NCBI GenBank assembly: GCA_043228905.1
Contig: JBHGNT010000016.1
Location: 1,116,001 to 1,180,000, forward strand
DNA from: Azolla caroliniana
Taxonomy: Eukaryota; Plantae; Polypodiophyta
Direction of reading: 5' to 3'
Length of the DNA stretch: 64,000 nt
The translations under genes and the position numbers were made by a program. Under the pieces are notes generated by a model. The model ran no database searches, had not been told where the DNA came from, and worked only from the letters and a program-made list of their open reading frames with translations. Positions within the stretch are counted from its first letter, which is position 1; the number at the start of each line of letters is the position of its first letter. Shown here one piece after another: positions 63,251-64,000 of this stretch.

Positions 63251-64000
63251 AGATAGATAGATAGATAGATAGATAGATTATATTATCGTCTTCGGAGGTC
63301 AAATATGACCTATGAGACCAAAAATATTACATTTCACGTGATATGTGTGAAAGTGAGTAGTGACTCTCGATGTTCAAGAACTTTACCAATGAATGTTGCA
63401 ATCGAGAGTGCACATTGTGGTTGTGAGAGGAATTCATGCAAAGATTGGGCTCGATCGAAGAGATGTGTAAAGCATGGTCGAATATGATCAAAGGCAGAGC
63501 ATTGTATCAAAGTGTGATACTCAGACTCGCGAACTTGTTTAGGGCAAAGTGCGCATAACCGACCACTCTCATCACTTATACCCCAACGCCCTGTTTCACA
63601 TCGCAATGCATGTGAGCTAAGTCGCATGGAAGCAATGGTTCGAATGGAAGATAACGGTATGGGCTCTAACATGTATGGATGTGTACGATTTCCCCGTTCC
63701 GCGAAGAATATGGTTTTGTAGTTAGGTGCAACATGTGTAGTATAATGTGTGAAGCGTGAGCCTCCACATTTGTCCCATGTCATGATACATTGGCGTTGCA
63801 AAAATGCCTCATTTACAGAGGAATCTAATGATGCATCATGAAGCAAGTGTCTCGCATCCCATCTACTAAACCATTTTTCTATATCTTGCATCCAACCGGA
63901 ACACAAAATTTTGCTTTTATGCGTCTTTTGGATCTTTTTGCTTGCTTCCCACGCAATTCTAGGAAGTCGATGTGAGGGACTTTTTTGAACCTTAAGCATG
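63251..64000 (-). mobile_element. Second young copy of the RTE-X-like LINE (3' end; continues beyond the window)
   Basis: Near-identical to 16105-16850; intact C-terminus EHRESLLTFTHIT*; (ATCT)7 tail at 63251-63278. Confidence 0.95.

Overview
This is AT-rich, intron-containing land-plant nuclear DNA; a fern or other non-seed plant is my inference from gene and TE style. Host genes are an 11-exon LAMMER/AFC kinase (-), two paralogous 6-exon polyprenol reductase (steroid 5-alpha-reductase family) genes (+), a 5-exon NADK3-like NADH kinase (-) and a PPR pseudogene fragment. About 10.6-29.0 kb is a TSD-verified, multi-level TE nest. An old LINE was split by a Ty1/copia element, whose 5' LTR holds an antisense solo LTR. 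That solo LTR in turn holds a second solo LTR, a near-full-length RTE-X-like LINE and an intact, very young GC-rich Ty3/gypsy element. The rest of the window has a second decayed copia with a nested solo LTR, a gag-only LTR derivative, hAT- and Mutator-type MITEs and L1 relics. The best leads are three. First, the LINE has an AUG-less ORF2 in frame behind the ORF1 UAG, in a readthrough-like context. Second, the gypsy has a tRNA-Trp PBS, a 4-bp TSD and a -1 frameshift signal with a possible pseudoknot after the protease. Third, a PPRD/NADK3 segmental duplication lost the NADK3 exons and may have captured its 5' leader. All calls were made by eye; no alignments or database searches were run.
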